A stretch of 64,000 nucleotides of DNA from Nageia nagi (taxonomy: Eukaryota > Plantae > Pinophyta), in contig JBITNC010000001.1 in assembly GCA_050084985.1 (NCBI GenBank), forward strand, positions 150,784,001-150,848,000. Reading direction: 5' to 3'. Positions 48,132 through 62,930 of this stretch are shown one piece after another. Made by a program: the position numbers and the translations under genes. Each line of letters begins with the position of its first letter. Within the stretch, counting starts at the first letter, position 1. Below the pieces are notes generated by a model. It saw only the letters and a program-made list of their open reading frames with translations. It had not been told where the DNA came from and searched no databases.

Positions 48132-51100
48132 CTTGGTGTAGATGTTGGGGTTTAATACTTATCCTCATTCATTACCTTGCCAACTTGGGTGGGTGAGCAA
48201 CATGACAAAGATGCAAGTCACACACCAATGCAAGTTAGGGTTTTCCATTCATGTTAATTATATTGATAAGGTTTAATTTGATTTTGTACTTGTTGATGTT
48301 GTTGGAATAGTGTTGGTTAGTCCTTATTTGTTTTATAGGGATGTTATATACTATAGAAACAAGAATAAGTGTCACTTTATTAAGGAAGGTAGTAAATTTA
48401 TAGTAAGGTCTCATATGAGAAAAATTGCAAAGTTTTCTCTCATGGTGAGAAGTATGAAGGATATTATCAATGCTTCTAAAAAAATAACACTTGTGATAAT
48501 AAAACATCAAAGGGAAAATTAACCATTAGTTCAAGCATAATATGATCAAATTATGGAAAGGCAAATCCAAGATAAGAAGAGTAAAAAGGAGGTGTCTCAT
48601 AAGGGAAGTAGTCCTAACAAAAGAAATAAAAAGAGAAAGAAGAGTGGGAGTACAAAAAGATGTATAATATCACCACCCATATATGTTTGTTGATGGATTT
48701 ATTCCATATAATTCTTGGATGATTTCAACACATACAAAATGGGGTTAGCAATGGTATGAATTTCTTTGGGGAACTACTATTACTCATTACTATGTCTTGT
48801 AGTCATTTGGAGACCAAATGCCTTCTCATTAGGAAGGTATGATCCAAAATTGGATTAGTAATAAAGTAAGGATCCTAGCACTAATGCTTGTTTGAGTATA
48901 AAGGCTTAAGGGAGCACCAACATTAGGATTCCTTAAGAATTCGGGTTTTGCACTTTAGTGTATTATGGAGAGAGGTATTTGATTCATCTAGGAAAGTTTG
49001 GAAACTTGATCAGACATGTTCTACCAAATGGTCCTTGACTTGTTGAATCAACTAAAGACTTGACTTGCATAGCCTTGACCCAACTATGACCTGGATTACT
49101 ACACTAAAAAATAATGCTAACATTGAGTTGAGCATCGATACTAGGATTATTATAAATCTTTTCCTTTAAAATTTTGGATTTGAACTTAAATATGATTGTA
49201 ATATTTTTTGGTTTCTTTTTTTTTTAAATTTCCACATAATTATCTTGATGCAAACATTGATCCACCAAAATGTATTCATGAAGTTGAAGCAATTTTGTGC
49301 ATTTTAAAACTAGTTATTGGCAATTGGAAAGTCATGTAAATATCCAAGAGGCTTCAATTTTTGTAAATATACATTCCTATAACTTATTTAGCAATGAATT
49401 CTTGCATTATCCATGCATAGAGAAGATAGGTGAAATGGATAGTAATCATCTTTCATGTTTTCATACAATAGAGAGTAAATTTGTTGTATAAGAAGGTCAC
49501 TGGGCATGGTGTGGAGAACAAAAGGCTACCTTGTGATTATAAAGTTTTATTATGCAATCAAAAGATCTAAATAATCTTGATTCTGATTACAATTTATTTT
49601 TTCTTCTTATCTTGATTTAATTGTAGTGAAAACACTATTTCTTATTATTATTTTTGGGATAGTCATTGCATTTGAGTTTGAAAGCATAGATTGTTGAATA
49701 AAGAGAAAATATAATTCTTAAGATCTATATTTGCATATCCTTTGAAATCCATAGGCTTAAGGTGATCATAGATCAAGTCTTGAGTTTTATCTACATCAAA
49801 TATTGGGATAGAAGAGGAAATAGGTTTTCTAGTAAGTTAATTGGTTATTTTAGGAAAATTATTTTTAATGTCCCTTAAACCCAATGGTTTGTAGTATGTA
49901 TCAAATTTATCCAAAGATAAATGTATATCATTTATATATTTAAATTATTATTTTAACATATATTAAGATTCATAATAAAATTACCAAGTTTATTTTACTT
50001 ATTTTATTTTAAGAATTCACGGATTAGGTTATAATGACAATTATTATTATAGATTTGTCTAATATCTTTGTAAAATAGGCAAATAAAAAGAAAATGAGTT
50101 ATATTTTATGACATTTAGATTACAAAATTCACAAATTATTTTTTCCATTGTGCTTTAGGTATATTCCATGTTTCATTATGTGGTTCATGTGGATTCATTC
50201 TTAATTTTGCAATCATAAGTTTCCTTTTGAGATTGATAATTTATATGGATAAAATGGATGCTCAAGTATTCATTTGATGTGTTTAAAGTAGGTTGTATTC
50301 ATTTTATTTTTGATGTTTGAAAATTGAAAAATCATATTTAAAGTGGGTGCAAATATATTCACATTGAAGTTTCCATTTTCCCCTCCTACCCCTTAGAAAT
50401 TGGTGATATTTAAAGATTGTTTATAGGTCCTACAAAATAGTAGATTTAAAGGGATGTTAATGTTTCATTAGATATTGTTGATAGCTCTTACAAAATAGTG
50501 AAATAAGTCATCTTATTTTAATTAGAAAGTAATTTTTGGTATATTTTGAAATATATCAAGTCTTAGACTTATTACATCTTTTTTTCAATGATAAGAAGCT
50601 ACAAAAATGAAGTGTTACATGATCCTTTAAAACTCTAGAAGGACTACTCATTGATGCATTAATATTGAACTTGCTAGGGTTACATATTTTGGTTACAATA
50701 TAATGATCTTATTTTCAACCTTGAATATTAGGTGAGCTCCTTGACTCTCCATATGTAGACTTCTTGGTTTCAATCAAACCTATTGGATTTTTTTACTTTG
50801 AACACCCCTTGCTACTTTTACCCCCATCTACTTCTCTCTCTTACACATTAGAGTTCATGAGGCACTTCCTTACTAGTTTATATGTATTTTTATATAGTCC
50901 TATTAACCATTATTTTGGTCACACATACACATTAATATTAATTTTCAAATTATTAGCTTACATATACAATCTAACTCTTTTATCTACCTTTTAAAACTTA
51001 CAAAGTTGAATAATATTATAACCAAATTTTACCAAATTGATTATAGATGCACTTAATCTTCCTCTTGATGTGAATTTATCAACAAATCTTATGAGACAAT

Positions 51101-51193
51101 GATCTAGGTCTTGTTATGTCAAAAATTTATAAATTTTGGGAGAAGTAAGTGTAGAGTCCTTACATGCATTAGGAAATTTGATGTGGATTTCAT

Positions 51194-54100
51194 TGTAATG
51201 TTTCAAATTATAAAAATTAAGAAATTATACAAATTGCATCAAGATATGAAGAAAATACCAAAAAATGGATGCTAAGAGGATCAAATCTAAATATATTAAT
51301 TCTCATCAATCAAGTGCAATGCACAATAAGCTTCCAAAATAGCACCTAAAGCTGTATGGACTTCTCCATGATGCCAAAATGTAAAAATGATGGCCAAAAT
51401 GGTTGTATGTCTAGCTAATTGGCCAAATTTGATGTTTCCACAAACTCTAATTCCTCCTGCAAGGTTGACATCAAGTTGCTAGGGCCTCTAACCATAGATC
51501 TAAATGTTGAATGTTGAAGAAGGCTTCTCCAAGTTGAACAAATTGGTAAAAGATTTAGTAGGAGCTTAATGAGTCTCCATTAAGGGCACAAAAGCTTGAT
51601 GAGGCTTCTAATCCTTATTAGGACACTAAGAGCTTAATCAAGATCCCTAATCCAATAGTAAACAAGGTTGATGATCAATTCCAAGAAGAAAATGAGTAAT
51701 AATGTTGAAGATAATCCTCCATAAGTGCACTTCCCTCTTTATAGCAAAACAATCCTCTAGTGAGATCTAGATCTCACCTAGGAATCATTCCAAGGTGGAT
51801 GTCTCTCGTAGGATCACCAATGTTACCTTGATATCCCCACAATGATGTCTTGATATATTCATTAAACATATTACATGATACATCCACATTTGCACACCAA
51901 TGATCTCCCTAGGATTACAAATTTAAATTAGAACTCCAAACTTAGTTTCACTATTACAAGATGATAATCTAAATACTACAAAATACAAGAAATGACTCCT
52001 ACACATCCCTAGAATAAGAATGTATCACTCTAAGAGGCCTAATGAGACCATTACAAATGATTATGAATATATCCCAAGAAGGGGATGTTATAGGGAAATA
52101 TTTTAGTGGAAGATATTTTTGAATTTTCATGTGCACATGATATATAATTGTGGGCTAGGAGGTGAACTTCAAAGTGCAATATCTCTTTCATTTATTAATG
52201 AATCCCATTCATCCATTATAAAATATTAATCATCCATCCAAGGCATATGGAAAAAGTTATACCTTTTATAAGATCTTTCCAATTTTGGAACATTACAAGT
52301 TTTCCCCTCCCAAAACTACTTCCCCTTAAGTAATGGCAACATGAACTCTTCATCACCATGCTACAACCAATAATGATCCCAAGGTTACAAGTAAATTTTA
52401 AATAAGACCCAACATGCTAAATATGTTCCAATTCATCATTCCAAATATGTACTCTCTTCCCTTTTTTAAGAATAAATAAGGGTGAAAGGCAACATCAATA
52501 TCCATATATGCTACAACTAACTCCTAAAACTATTCATTAAAATGTGAATACAACATAAATTCAATTAAATACTTATAGCCAAACTTCATCAAATTGTTAT
52601 TATCTTTAATGTTTAACCAAGAAGTATACATTAGATTTACCAACATAGGCTCATCAATCCCTTTTCCCACAAAAATACAACTTTGAATATCATAATGAAA
52701 ATAATCTTATTCATCATGAAAGACACCTCCTCAATCTTCATCAAGCATGCAATGTCAAACATTATGAAGTCTCATCCAAATAGGGGAAATACCTCAATCA
52801 TTTTTTTCACATGAAACCTCAAGAATTAGCAAGAATACAACCCTAAAATCCATAGAAAATGCATCTACAATAGTTATAAAAATTGCATCTCAAGTAGTTC
52901 CAAATGATGGGATAACAACATCTCCTTTTATTAAATAAAATGTGATAGTTGTAAAGAACTCGAACCAGATACAAAACATAACTCTCCTACCTTCAATATC
53001 ACTTTACCAATAATCTTAATCATCATAAAAAATAGCTTTCCAATCATCATAAGAAAATCATCATTCTTACGAAAAACTCATCCAATATGGGAGAAACTAT
53101 CCCAATTATTAGGCCAAGTTCAACTCCAATTATGATAAAATTTACAACCTCAATACCCATGTAATTTACAACTTTCATTATCAATAATATGATCACAAGT
53201 TTTACCAACCATGCTACTTCAAATATTGGCATCCATACGACCTTAGTAAAAATTAAAAGTGCAGCCCCAAACTTCATGCCAAACACTGCCAAAGATATCA
53301 TTTTCAAAAAAACAACAATCTTGATTACCATAAATAGTTCCAAATAATGTACAAAATCATTCTCCCATCAATACACAAATGTAGCCATGGACAACATTGA
53401 AATAGTCTTCATCCATAAGGAAAATGCATTATTGGTTAGTTTAAAAAAATAACCAAAATAATCTTCAACAAGATGAGAGATGCCATCCCAAACTTCATGG
53501 AAAGTGAAGTCAAATTTCCCATCATGGTTGTCCCAATTGTCTCTAATGCTATATTTCCAAAAGTAAACAAGGAAGAAACTCTAAAAATTATCAAAAACAC
53601 ATGCCCATACTTCATCAAGGAAGTTGCCTCAAATAACAACCATAGTGTAGTCCAAAACTTTACAAAAACATTAGTGAACATCAATGATACTATTATCCTA
53701 TATGATACAAATGTAGAGGTATTCCAATACCATATCAAAATTGCATCTATGTGTACCATCCAAATCATGGTTTCAAAAATGAATGTATTCTTATACATCA
53801 ATGGTGACTCCTCCCCCCAATATCAAGACCTCCAAAATACAACAATGTATTATCATAAAAATCAAAATTTATGGCATACATTGTTGTAATATCTCTAAGG
53901 CTGCTCCATTCCTCTATATGGATCAAGAGTGACTCTAAGGAATGGAAATTCCCCACACTCTCCCAAGGTCTAAAAAAAATGGAATGAATCTCCTAGAAGT
54001 TCAAGATTAAATTTTTAGAACTCCTTGATGTCTCCCCTAATCCTCCATCATCTCTAAGTGCCAAAATACCTGAATCCCAAAGAGTATGTTCATTACAATC

Positions 54101-56505
54101 CTTATGAGTGATTTATTATTCATACACATCATTCTCCAAACTAGGAGAGCTAAAACTAATTTGTATACTCCTATCCAAAGGCTTAGCTTGGAGATATAAC
54201 CCATATCCATCCAAACAAACATCACAAACTGATTTGGAATTTCATATACTTGTCTATATCATGCTCTTCTACCATAATCTTGTCATCTCCATTAACTATA
54301 TCATCAATATGTAGAGGTACATGTAATTCAAAGGAAACATTTTGGGACTCTACTATGCATACCTCATGTGGTGATGCAATTTATTTCTCCACAATTTCTT
54401 ATTTGCACTTTTCCTGAAAAATGATCACCTCTATGATATCTTTTTTGCAAAACTCCTATTTTTCTTCAAGATCCATTCTTTTGGCTGCAAAAATATATGA
54501 ATGATTATATGTTGGTTTCTCTTGTTGATCCTTTTTCATTTTCTCAATTTTAGTTCTTGGTGTAGAATCTCTTGATAGCCACCTAAAGAAGATTTTTTTA
54601 AAGCTCTCTTCTTTTTGAATGGTTGGTTGTTATAGGATTAGATATGAACTTTGGTTGTAAATCTCTTCTCCCTTCATACCACATAAATGAACTATTTTCA
54701 TAAAAATTAGAACTGCTTTCATACCTTTTCAAAGTTTCATCATGGTGGATCCAAGTCTCATAATGGTGTGAATGATGCCTTAAAGGGTTGGCATCCCTCT
54801 CCAAGGATGAAATCTCTTGTATTCAGAGCTCTTCACTCCTCCATGACCTTACTTTTTTTCCAAATGCTCCAAACAATTCTCAAAATTCATTAAACCCTAA
54901 ATTATTTTGAATTCTCTTTGTATTCCCAAAATATTCCATTAAAATCCCATGAAATTACTTGATCTAGATCATCCTCTTGTCTAGTAAGAAATATGGGGGC
55001 TTAGATGTCCTAGGCAATGGTGATGGATGGCTAGCCAAAAGAATATCCTCCTCTCGAATCTCTTGTAAATTCTAATATATGCAGAAAAGGTCCACCTCCT
55101 ACCAAATCTTACTTCCACATAGATCTTATTTTATGAAAGTATGGAAAAATTCTTTGCTCCAAATCTGGCATAGCTTTGTACTCCATTGGCTAAGAAAACA
55201 TTACTATAGTTGCATTAAACCCACATATTGGATGAGAATCTCCCCTATGCATATCATCAATAAATTTCTTTACTAAATATATTATTACATATAATTTCTC
55301 AATTCTTTCCCTATATCTGATTGATATGTCTCTCTCCATCTCCATAGGCCAACAAGATCTCTTCTTTGATACCATTTATAGTATTCCAAATTATAAAAAT
55401 TTCATTAGGATATCAAGAAAATGCCAAAAATGGATGCTAATAAAACTATATATGAATATACTAATGCTTAAGGAGTCAAATAAAATACATAATAAGCATC
55501 TAAAATGGCCCTTAGGGATGTATGAACTCCTTTAAGATGCTAAAATACAAAGATAATGGCCAAAATGTTTGAACGTTTACCTAATTGTTCAGATCAGTGT
55601 TTCCATAAACTCTAAATCTTCCTCTAAGGTTGAAATCACACTGATAGAGACTCTAACCCTCATATATGAATGTTTAATTTTGAATAAGGCTTCTCCAAGT
55701 TGTATGATCTAGTAACATATTTGACATGAGCTTAATGAGGCTCTACCAAGGGCATAAAAGCTTGATGAGGCTTTTAATCCTTCTTAAGACACTAGGAGAT
55801 TGATGAGGCTCATCAATCCATTAGTAAATAATAATGGTATCCAAGTATAAGAATAAAATGAGTAACATTATCCAAGATAATCCTCTATAAGTGCGCTCCC
55901 CTCTTTATAGCAAAATGCCCCTCTAATGAGATCTAGATCTGACCTAGTAATCACTCCAAGGTAGAAGCCTCTCCTAGTAACTCTAACATTTCCTTGGGAT
56001 CCCCATAATTATGTATTTATATCTTCATTAAGCATATTACATGATACATCCTCCTTTTTTCACTAATGATTTCCTTGGATTACAAATTTACCTTGGAGCT
56101 CCAAATGTAGTTTCATTATTACAAGATGACAATCTAGATACTATAAAATACAAGAAATAACTCCTACACATCGCTAGAATAAGAATGTCTCCCTCTAAGA
56201 GGCCCAATGGGACTATTACAAATCATTATGACTACATATCCCAAGAATTGGTATGTCACATAAGAAAATCTCTTTTAGTGGAAGATATTTATGAATTTTT
56301 GTATGCACACAATATATAATTTTGGGCTAGGAGACAAACTTCAAAGTGCAATATCTCTTTTGTTTCTTGATTAAACCCCATCATGTAACCTATCAAGATG
56401 AATTGCAAGAGGTATTATATCCATTCCAAAATATGAATCATCCATCCAAGGCTTATGGTGAAAGTTATACCTTTTATAAGATCTTTCCAATTTTGGGACA
56501 TTACA
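51194..56505 (-). mobile_element. Element F: ancient non-autonomous Gypsy-type LTR element
   Basis: Diverged LTRs 51194-52297 and 55377-56505, perfect TSD TTCAT, PBS TGGTATCAAAG (55364-55374), PPT GGGAGGGGAAAA (52300-52311). No recognisable RT or integrase. Confidence 0.88.
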
Positions 56506-58350
56506 TTCATTTTAAGTTAAGTAGAAGTCAAAAGGTCTTAAATGTCCCATAAAAATACTTAATTTAGAAAAATAAAAATACTTATAATGAAATGATGATA
56601 TTCCTTGAATTGGAACATAAGTTACCTTTTTTAGGCTTTGGGATACTTTTAAATAGTATGTTTATTCTCATAAGTATTATTCATCTAGTTTTGCTTTTAA
56701 TAACCTTACATTAGGTTACACAAAGTTAGCTAAGATAGATAACACTATATTTTAATACCCTCATAATATTTGTGAGGAGAAAATTAAAATTTCATCAATG
56801 GGTGATTTACATTAAACCGAAATTTCTTTAATGATTACCTACATTGCAAGCTCCTCTTAAAGATATTAATACTCAACCAAGGACAAAAGATAAAATAATT
56901 TCCAAATTTGTTGGTTTATATTGTAAAAATATCCTTATTATGGTTAAACCAAAAAACACACCATCCTTTAACATGTTCATGAGATATACAAGCTCATAGC
57001 CACACCTTTTCTTGAGTCAATCAACATTGTGAATACCAAGTTTACAATGCTACACATGTTCAAACATATATATGACCTTATGCCATATCTTTAATGTTCA
57101 TAATTAGACAATAAGAGTTTTCAAATTCAAGAATAATAATCTTTGTTAAGAATAATTAACAAGTACATTGCATGAATGCATCCATGATCATCCCTACATT
57201 ATTAGTAACATTTACATTTATTAATATGAGTAGAAGGCTCAATAGTGGCTCACAGGGTTTTTTACCTTGAAAATTTAAAAGTAACTTTCTTTCAAAGATA
57301 TATTCAATATGAATAAGTTAACAATTTCATCATAACCATCACCATTATTATTATTTATGGAGGGAATGATACATAAATAAATATGAAGAAAACATAATAA
57401 ATAACTTGTAATGTAGAAAAAAGTTTCATTAGTTACTCCAACTCCAAGAGCCATGTATGTGCTAGGATCACATGGAAAAACCCTTAGCAAGGTATGCACT
57501 TAAATATTTTGATGTCTAAAAGGTTTTATGATGCAAGATAATCTCTTCTTAAAATTTAAATCATATCCACATTTTTTTTCATACTTAGTTCAATTAACTT
57601 CTTGTATTTGTTCTCCTCACATATTTGTATGTTGTACATTCACACTTTCATCTGGAGCCTCACACATCCATCACACCCTTGCATTTATCACTTTTTATTT
57701 GTACTTATTTTCACACTTTCATACTTAACTCTCACATTTTGTGTCATGGTCCATCCCATGAACCATAGTCCTAATACTTTATGATTTATAGTATTAATAC
57801 TTTATGACTTATAATATGTTTGATATATGGATATATATACTAAGTTGATATTTTTAAATTACTCTATGATGATATTGGTTGATGTATTGATTAATTTAGG
57901 GTGATTATGATGGATATCATAACTATTGAATGATGAATTTATGATGCATTGTTTTACATAAGCATATATGATTGTTATACCTTGAGAACACATGTATTGT
58001 TGATTTCATATGATTTAGAAATCATTATTTAGAAAATATAATAATGGATATTAGTTCAAAATAATTATAATTCATTGATATGGTATTTTGTATCACTTTA
58101 TCTTCATTCATCTATAAGTGCGTATTGCATGAGAATTCATGTTTCAACATATATGAAATAATATTGAGATCATTAATCAAACTGCATTTTCATGAAACTA
58201 AACTAAAACATGGAACTCTAGAAGTCTTGACATCACACCATTACATATTGTATAAGGAAAAGAGTCATTATGAGATTCATATTTATGCATTACAAATTAT
58301 AAAATCTTACATTCCAATATATGCTCTACCATAATACATGAAGGTTTAAG

Positions 58351-59169
58351 TGTATACCCAAACCTAAAACATAAGGTCAAATTTTATATCATTGGTATTT
58401 TATTCATAACAAACACTATTATAACCAAAATAATAATTTATTAAGGTTATTTAAGATATTCAATTTAAATAAATAATGAAAAATAATAGCAAATAACAAT
58501 AACATGAAATATTACAATGATCTTAGATGACCTAATTGACCTTGACCTATCAAACTTGGATTAATAAAATATACAAACCTATATTTTACCTATTACAATG
58601 ATCAAAGGTGATATCTGGCTCAAATATGATTGATGACATAAATCTCCACACAATGGAGCCATCGAACTATCCTCAACCCAACAATGTTACTAAGAATCCA
58701 ACATCCCCCAACTACCTTTCCAAAATACCTTGCAGTTTCCTTCATTGTTGTCAACATCCCTTTGATGATTAGAATATCATTCACAATTAGCTTGGAAGAA
58801 TCATAATATTGCAAAAATTAGAGTATAACAAAATCTAGATATGATAGGTGGCATCAAGAGACACCAATCAAAGGACCAAAGTATGTTACCACTTATCAAG
58901 GATTCTAGATCATGTCATGATTTCTTATGCAAAACACTTCCACCTCTATCGATAGTAGGTCTAGTGCCAAGGCTCCTCCTTGGGCTTATGGTGCATATGG
59001 GCTAAGAATCCTTATTGGACTAATCTCCAAACTGACCTATTATCATAAACATAAACATAGGTAAGTGTGCACAATGAAAAGAGCATTAAATCACTTAAAT
59101 AAATAAATAATTATAAATACCTAAAAGTTGTATTTTAATAAAATTAATATTTCATTTTAGGTGTCAGCA
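58351..59169 (-). mobile_element. 3' LTR of a Tat/Ogre-type Gypsy element
   Basis: Minus strand AAAGTGGGGCATT (PPT) followed by TGCTGACACCTAAAAT...GGGTATACA; degenerate tandem repeats at ~59680-59910 resemble a Tat/Ogre 3' region. Confidence 0.6.
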
Positions 59170-61224
59170 AATGCCCCACTTTGAATATGGTTTGATTCTT
59201 TGGGGAAAACAGATAATCAAAGCATAAATTCAATGTATAACAAGATCAAGTAAGAAAATACCCCCTAAAAAAATATATTCACAATGATAGCTTTGGATGA
59301 ATTGGTTTTTAACTATATTATGCCCCCTCTTTAGCTTGGTTCCAACATGATGAACCACTCAACATAGAAGCAACCCAATACAAAGAAAAATGGACCTATA
59401 ATCCACTTAAACAAAAAATATTTTTCACAAGATATCTCAAATATAGACATTAAATATCATATCACACATATATTATGGAAGAACAAGATACCAAACCTAT
59501 CCTTGGTGGCTTACCCACCAAGAGTGTATAAAACTATTGCCTTTGATTAATAAGTAATTACTTCATCAACTTAAATATGAGGGATTACCAATTAACATCA
59601 TTTATCAAAGACTTGGAGTGTAGCTAAATGCTAATCACTACCCTCACAAGCCACCAATTTACCAAAAATTATGATCCTTGATGGAATGCTCATCATCAAG
59701 TATCACAATACGCAAGTGGTGAGTAACATAATTCATATCATTACTCCCCATAAGATATAAACTTACTAAATATCATGAACCTTAAAGGAATTTTCACCAT
59801 CAAATATCACAACAATCAAGTGGTGAGTAATAGAATGCTCATCATCACCCCTATCATTAATAACAATGTACTTAATTCATGGGTAACAGAATGCTCATCA
59901 TTATGCCTCAATAAGTTTTTCATAATAAATGATTTGTTTAATATATAGGATATGGTATTATCATCATGACACATCAATATTTTTGATAAGGTACATTCTC
60001 AATATTGATTGAAAAGTACATCATTATTCATCAACAAGGAACATGATGCCCAATTTCAAAGGCTCCATTAATTTGAAGTTGAAAATCTGCTATAACTTGA
60101 GTAATGTCACCTAGGTTTCCTTAACAAATTTTGTAAACTAAAAACCTTATAGGTATATCTTTGAGAAAAAATTTGAAAATCAACCTTATTTTCATCATAT
60201 CGATATTTTTTCACATAATGTTACAATCATTTTAGTATCATTATAGATAGTCTACCGTAATTGCCATTTTCCTGAAAATTGAATGCATCTCATTAATCAA
60301 CTACTTACTTTCATTCAAAAAATTTGAACTTGGAAAAATGGGAATAAAAAATCATAAAATCCTATTCCTACAATGACCAACATCACTCAAGCCCTAGCGA
60401 CATCACTCAAACAATGAAAGTTTAGAAAAATAAAAAAGTGTCCAAGGAAATATATGCATTTAATTCGTAACAAAAAGTATATCCAATTTAATTATTTTTT
60501 GGAAATTTGTTATGAATAATGATAATAGAATTTAATTTATCATTTATAAATAACTCAAATCCTATTTCATTTTTACTTTCTCATTTTGCAAACTAGATCT
60601 CTAGTTCCTAGGTTGAGTAATGTTTTTTCTAGCTTATAGGATCAAGTAGGGGAGCTAGCTTGTTTGAGGAGCAAAGGATATCACAATATCATAGTGTATT
60701 ATGTCAAAGGAAGGTCATAGGTTTGTGGTTGTTCTTTCTTCTCCTGAAGTACATCAAGTACCAAAAATTCTCTAATATCTTTCCATTTTATGATTATTTG
60801 AATAATTTTGGTGGATCAATTTTTCAATTTGTTCTAGTTTTTATCAATTTTGATCAATTATTATAATTTATGGGAATAAAACATACAAAAAAATTTATTT
60901 TACATTGAGAAATATTAATATAGTTTTTACCATAAACCCAATGAAAACCTTGGTGGGTTTTTAAATTTTTATAAATGTTTTACTCATTTCTAGGTGGCAT
61001 CATTGGGTTTTTGATATCATTAATGGGTTAAAGAGGGCTTGAAAATGATTTTCTACCAAAATTGTACTAATTTACATGTATATTACAAGTTAAATTTTTA
61101 TGAAATAATCTAAAATATGTAATTTATAACAAAAATACATAGATTTAATAAAATATAAATGTTAGCTTTAGTTTATTACTTTATGTACCTGGTTACTTAC
61201 CTTTGTTTTGTTTCATGGATGCAG

Positions 61225-62930
61225 GACCGAGTATTTTTGATGAGGTGTTAGCTATGGAGTCTAGCCATGGGTATCATTGATGAATTTATCTCTATACCAT
61301 AGGATAGAGGCCATATAGAGGCTTCAAGATTGAGTCACATGAGGCACATTATTCGTATCCCATGTGACAAGTACTTCCTTACTACCCTCATGGAGTGTTG
61401 GTATGATGATATCGATACATTCTATCTTCCTATGGGGAAGGGTACCATCACCCTTACAAATATTCATTGTATACACCCATGAAGGGTACACTCTTTGAGA
61501 GCACCATTCTTTAAGGGTACACTCATTGAGAGCATCATCCTTTCTATGGAGTAGATGGAGGAGCAATGCTACTGGCTTAAGAAGAAGGGTGCCCCCCTTT
61601 AGGATACCATGTACATATTATTGAAGGATATTAATAATACTTGATGATTTAGACTTTATGTTGTAGTTATTATTGATACAATTTTGTATAGAGAAAATAA
61701 TCATGAGTGCTTCCATACAAGTTTTATTTTGATTGTGAGAGGGATTTGCTTATGAGGAGAGTGATATGCATGGGCTCCTTGCATTTTGCCATAGTTATAC
61801 TAGAATATTCAAAATTTTATGACTATGAGGAAGGGTGGGAGGTTGGTAGTACATTATTTTATCCTACAAGTTTATGCTTACAAGTACATAAATATGTCTC
61901 ATACATATATATCCATGTAGTGACACACCCATAGTTACCACATTGGTGTATATGGTATACTACTCAACAAATAGGGATCACTCGAAGTGTAGAGTACTAT
62001 AAAATGTTGATAGACCTATTGGATGAAGAGTAAATTAACTAGGACCCTTATTTTGACCTACTAGTGTGGTATGAGATAGATGAGGAGTTATCATGGAGCA
62101 TGACTCCATGTCATATTTAGAAACATATATGGATCATCAATTTTTATCATCAAGATTAGGTGCTTAAGTTGTTTAGCATGATCCAAGATATAAATGTTCC
62201 TCAGCTACAACCCAATAGTGTGATGTAATACAAGTACCAACATGTTCTAAAAAGGCACCTCGTTGTGCCAAGGTGGAGCTCTAAGTGGTATGAGCCTGAG
62301 GATCATGCTTCTAGGGTATTAACCCTTCACCATCAACACACACTAGAGTATCAAGTATGGTGGAAGATCGTACAACATATCCCATTAGGTCTCTATGAAA
62401 AGGATGAGGAGGGAGAAGAGTAGGAGGATGAGGAGGTTCCCATGGAGACATGGACTCCACCATCATTGAACAGTGTAGTTGATCCCAACATGCCATCCAC
62501 ATCTCGTGTTACACTTGCTCCACCTGCATCCACCATAGGTATCTCTAACTTGGCCTTTTGTTAATTACAAATAAATATTGTAATTGAAAATATGTTAAAT
62601 TTATTTTAACATATGCATTGTTATTTGAAAATTAAGATTACATAAATAGATAAAGGGTATTTAGGATAAAGTTTCATCATTATAGGAGCAGTTAGCTACT
62701 CGAGATCAATAGATTGAGGCCCTTAAGGCCCAAATAGAGACCATGCAAGCCTTGCCACATATATCACAATATCAAGAGCTTAAGAGGCTCTAGGATCTCA
62801 TTGTAATGAAGCATAATCAAATCCTTTAGTTTTAGTATACTTTTGTAGCTTCTATGTTTAGAAGTATGTCTATATCTAGGGCAAGGACACATGAGCTCTT
62901 AGTTAGTTAGAGTTCCCAACATGGGGATAA
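61225..62930 (+). pseudogene. Plant Mobile Domain (PMD, MAIN-like) gene remnant with introns
   Basis: FLTTLMECWYDDIDTFYLPMGKGTITLTNIHCI (61375-61473) matches PMD L.AL.ERW...T.TF.LP.GE.TITL.DV; YAWAPCIL..LY and YKMLIDLL..I..DPY follow. Candidate acceptor at 61224 and GT-AG intron 62539-62685 before a coiled-coil-like exon. Confidence 0.75.

Larger units (their letters stand above)
44853..49775 (+). mobile_element. Element E: non-autonomous gag-protease Gypsy related to D
   Basis: LTRs 44853-45692 and 48840-49775 (TGAT...GATCA), PBS TGGTATTAGAG at 45695, gag (LKLEGHALLWW, LLKYIEGL) and protease (LVDPSSQVNLISE...LGWV...CKL) similar to D. No RT/RH/INT; no clean TSD. Confidence 0.82.

Noticed and set aside
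53047-53801. Envelope-like membrane protein ORFs (also 26651-26977)
   Set aside because: Hydrophobicity can be explained as the shifted frame of GAT/GAA/CAT-rich sequence; ORFs are short, with no signal peptide/ectodomain layout. Kept only as an unexplained region.
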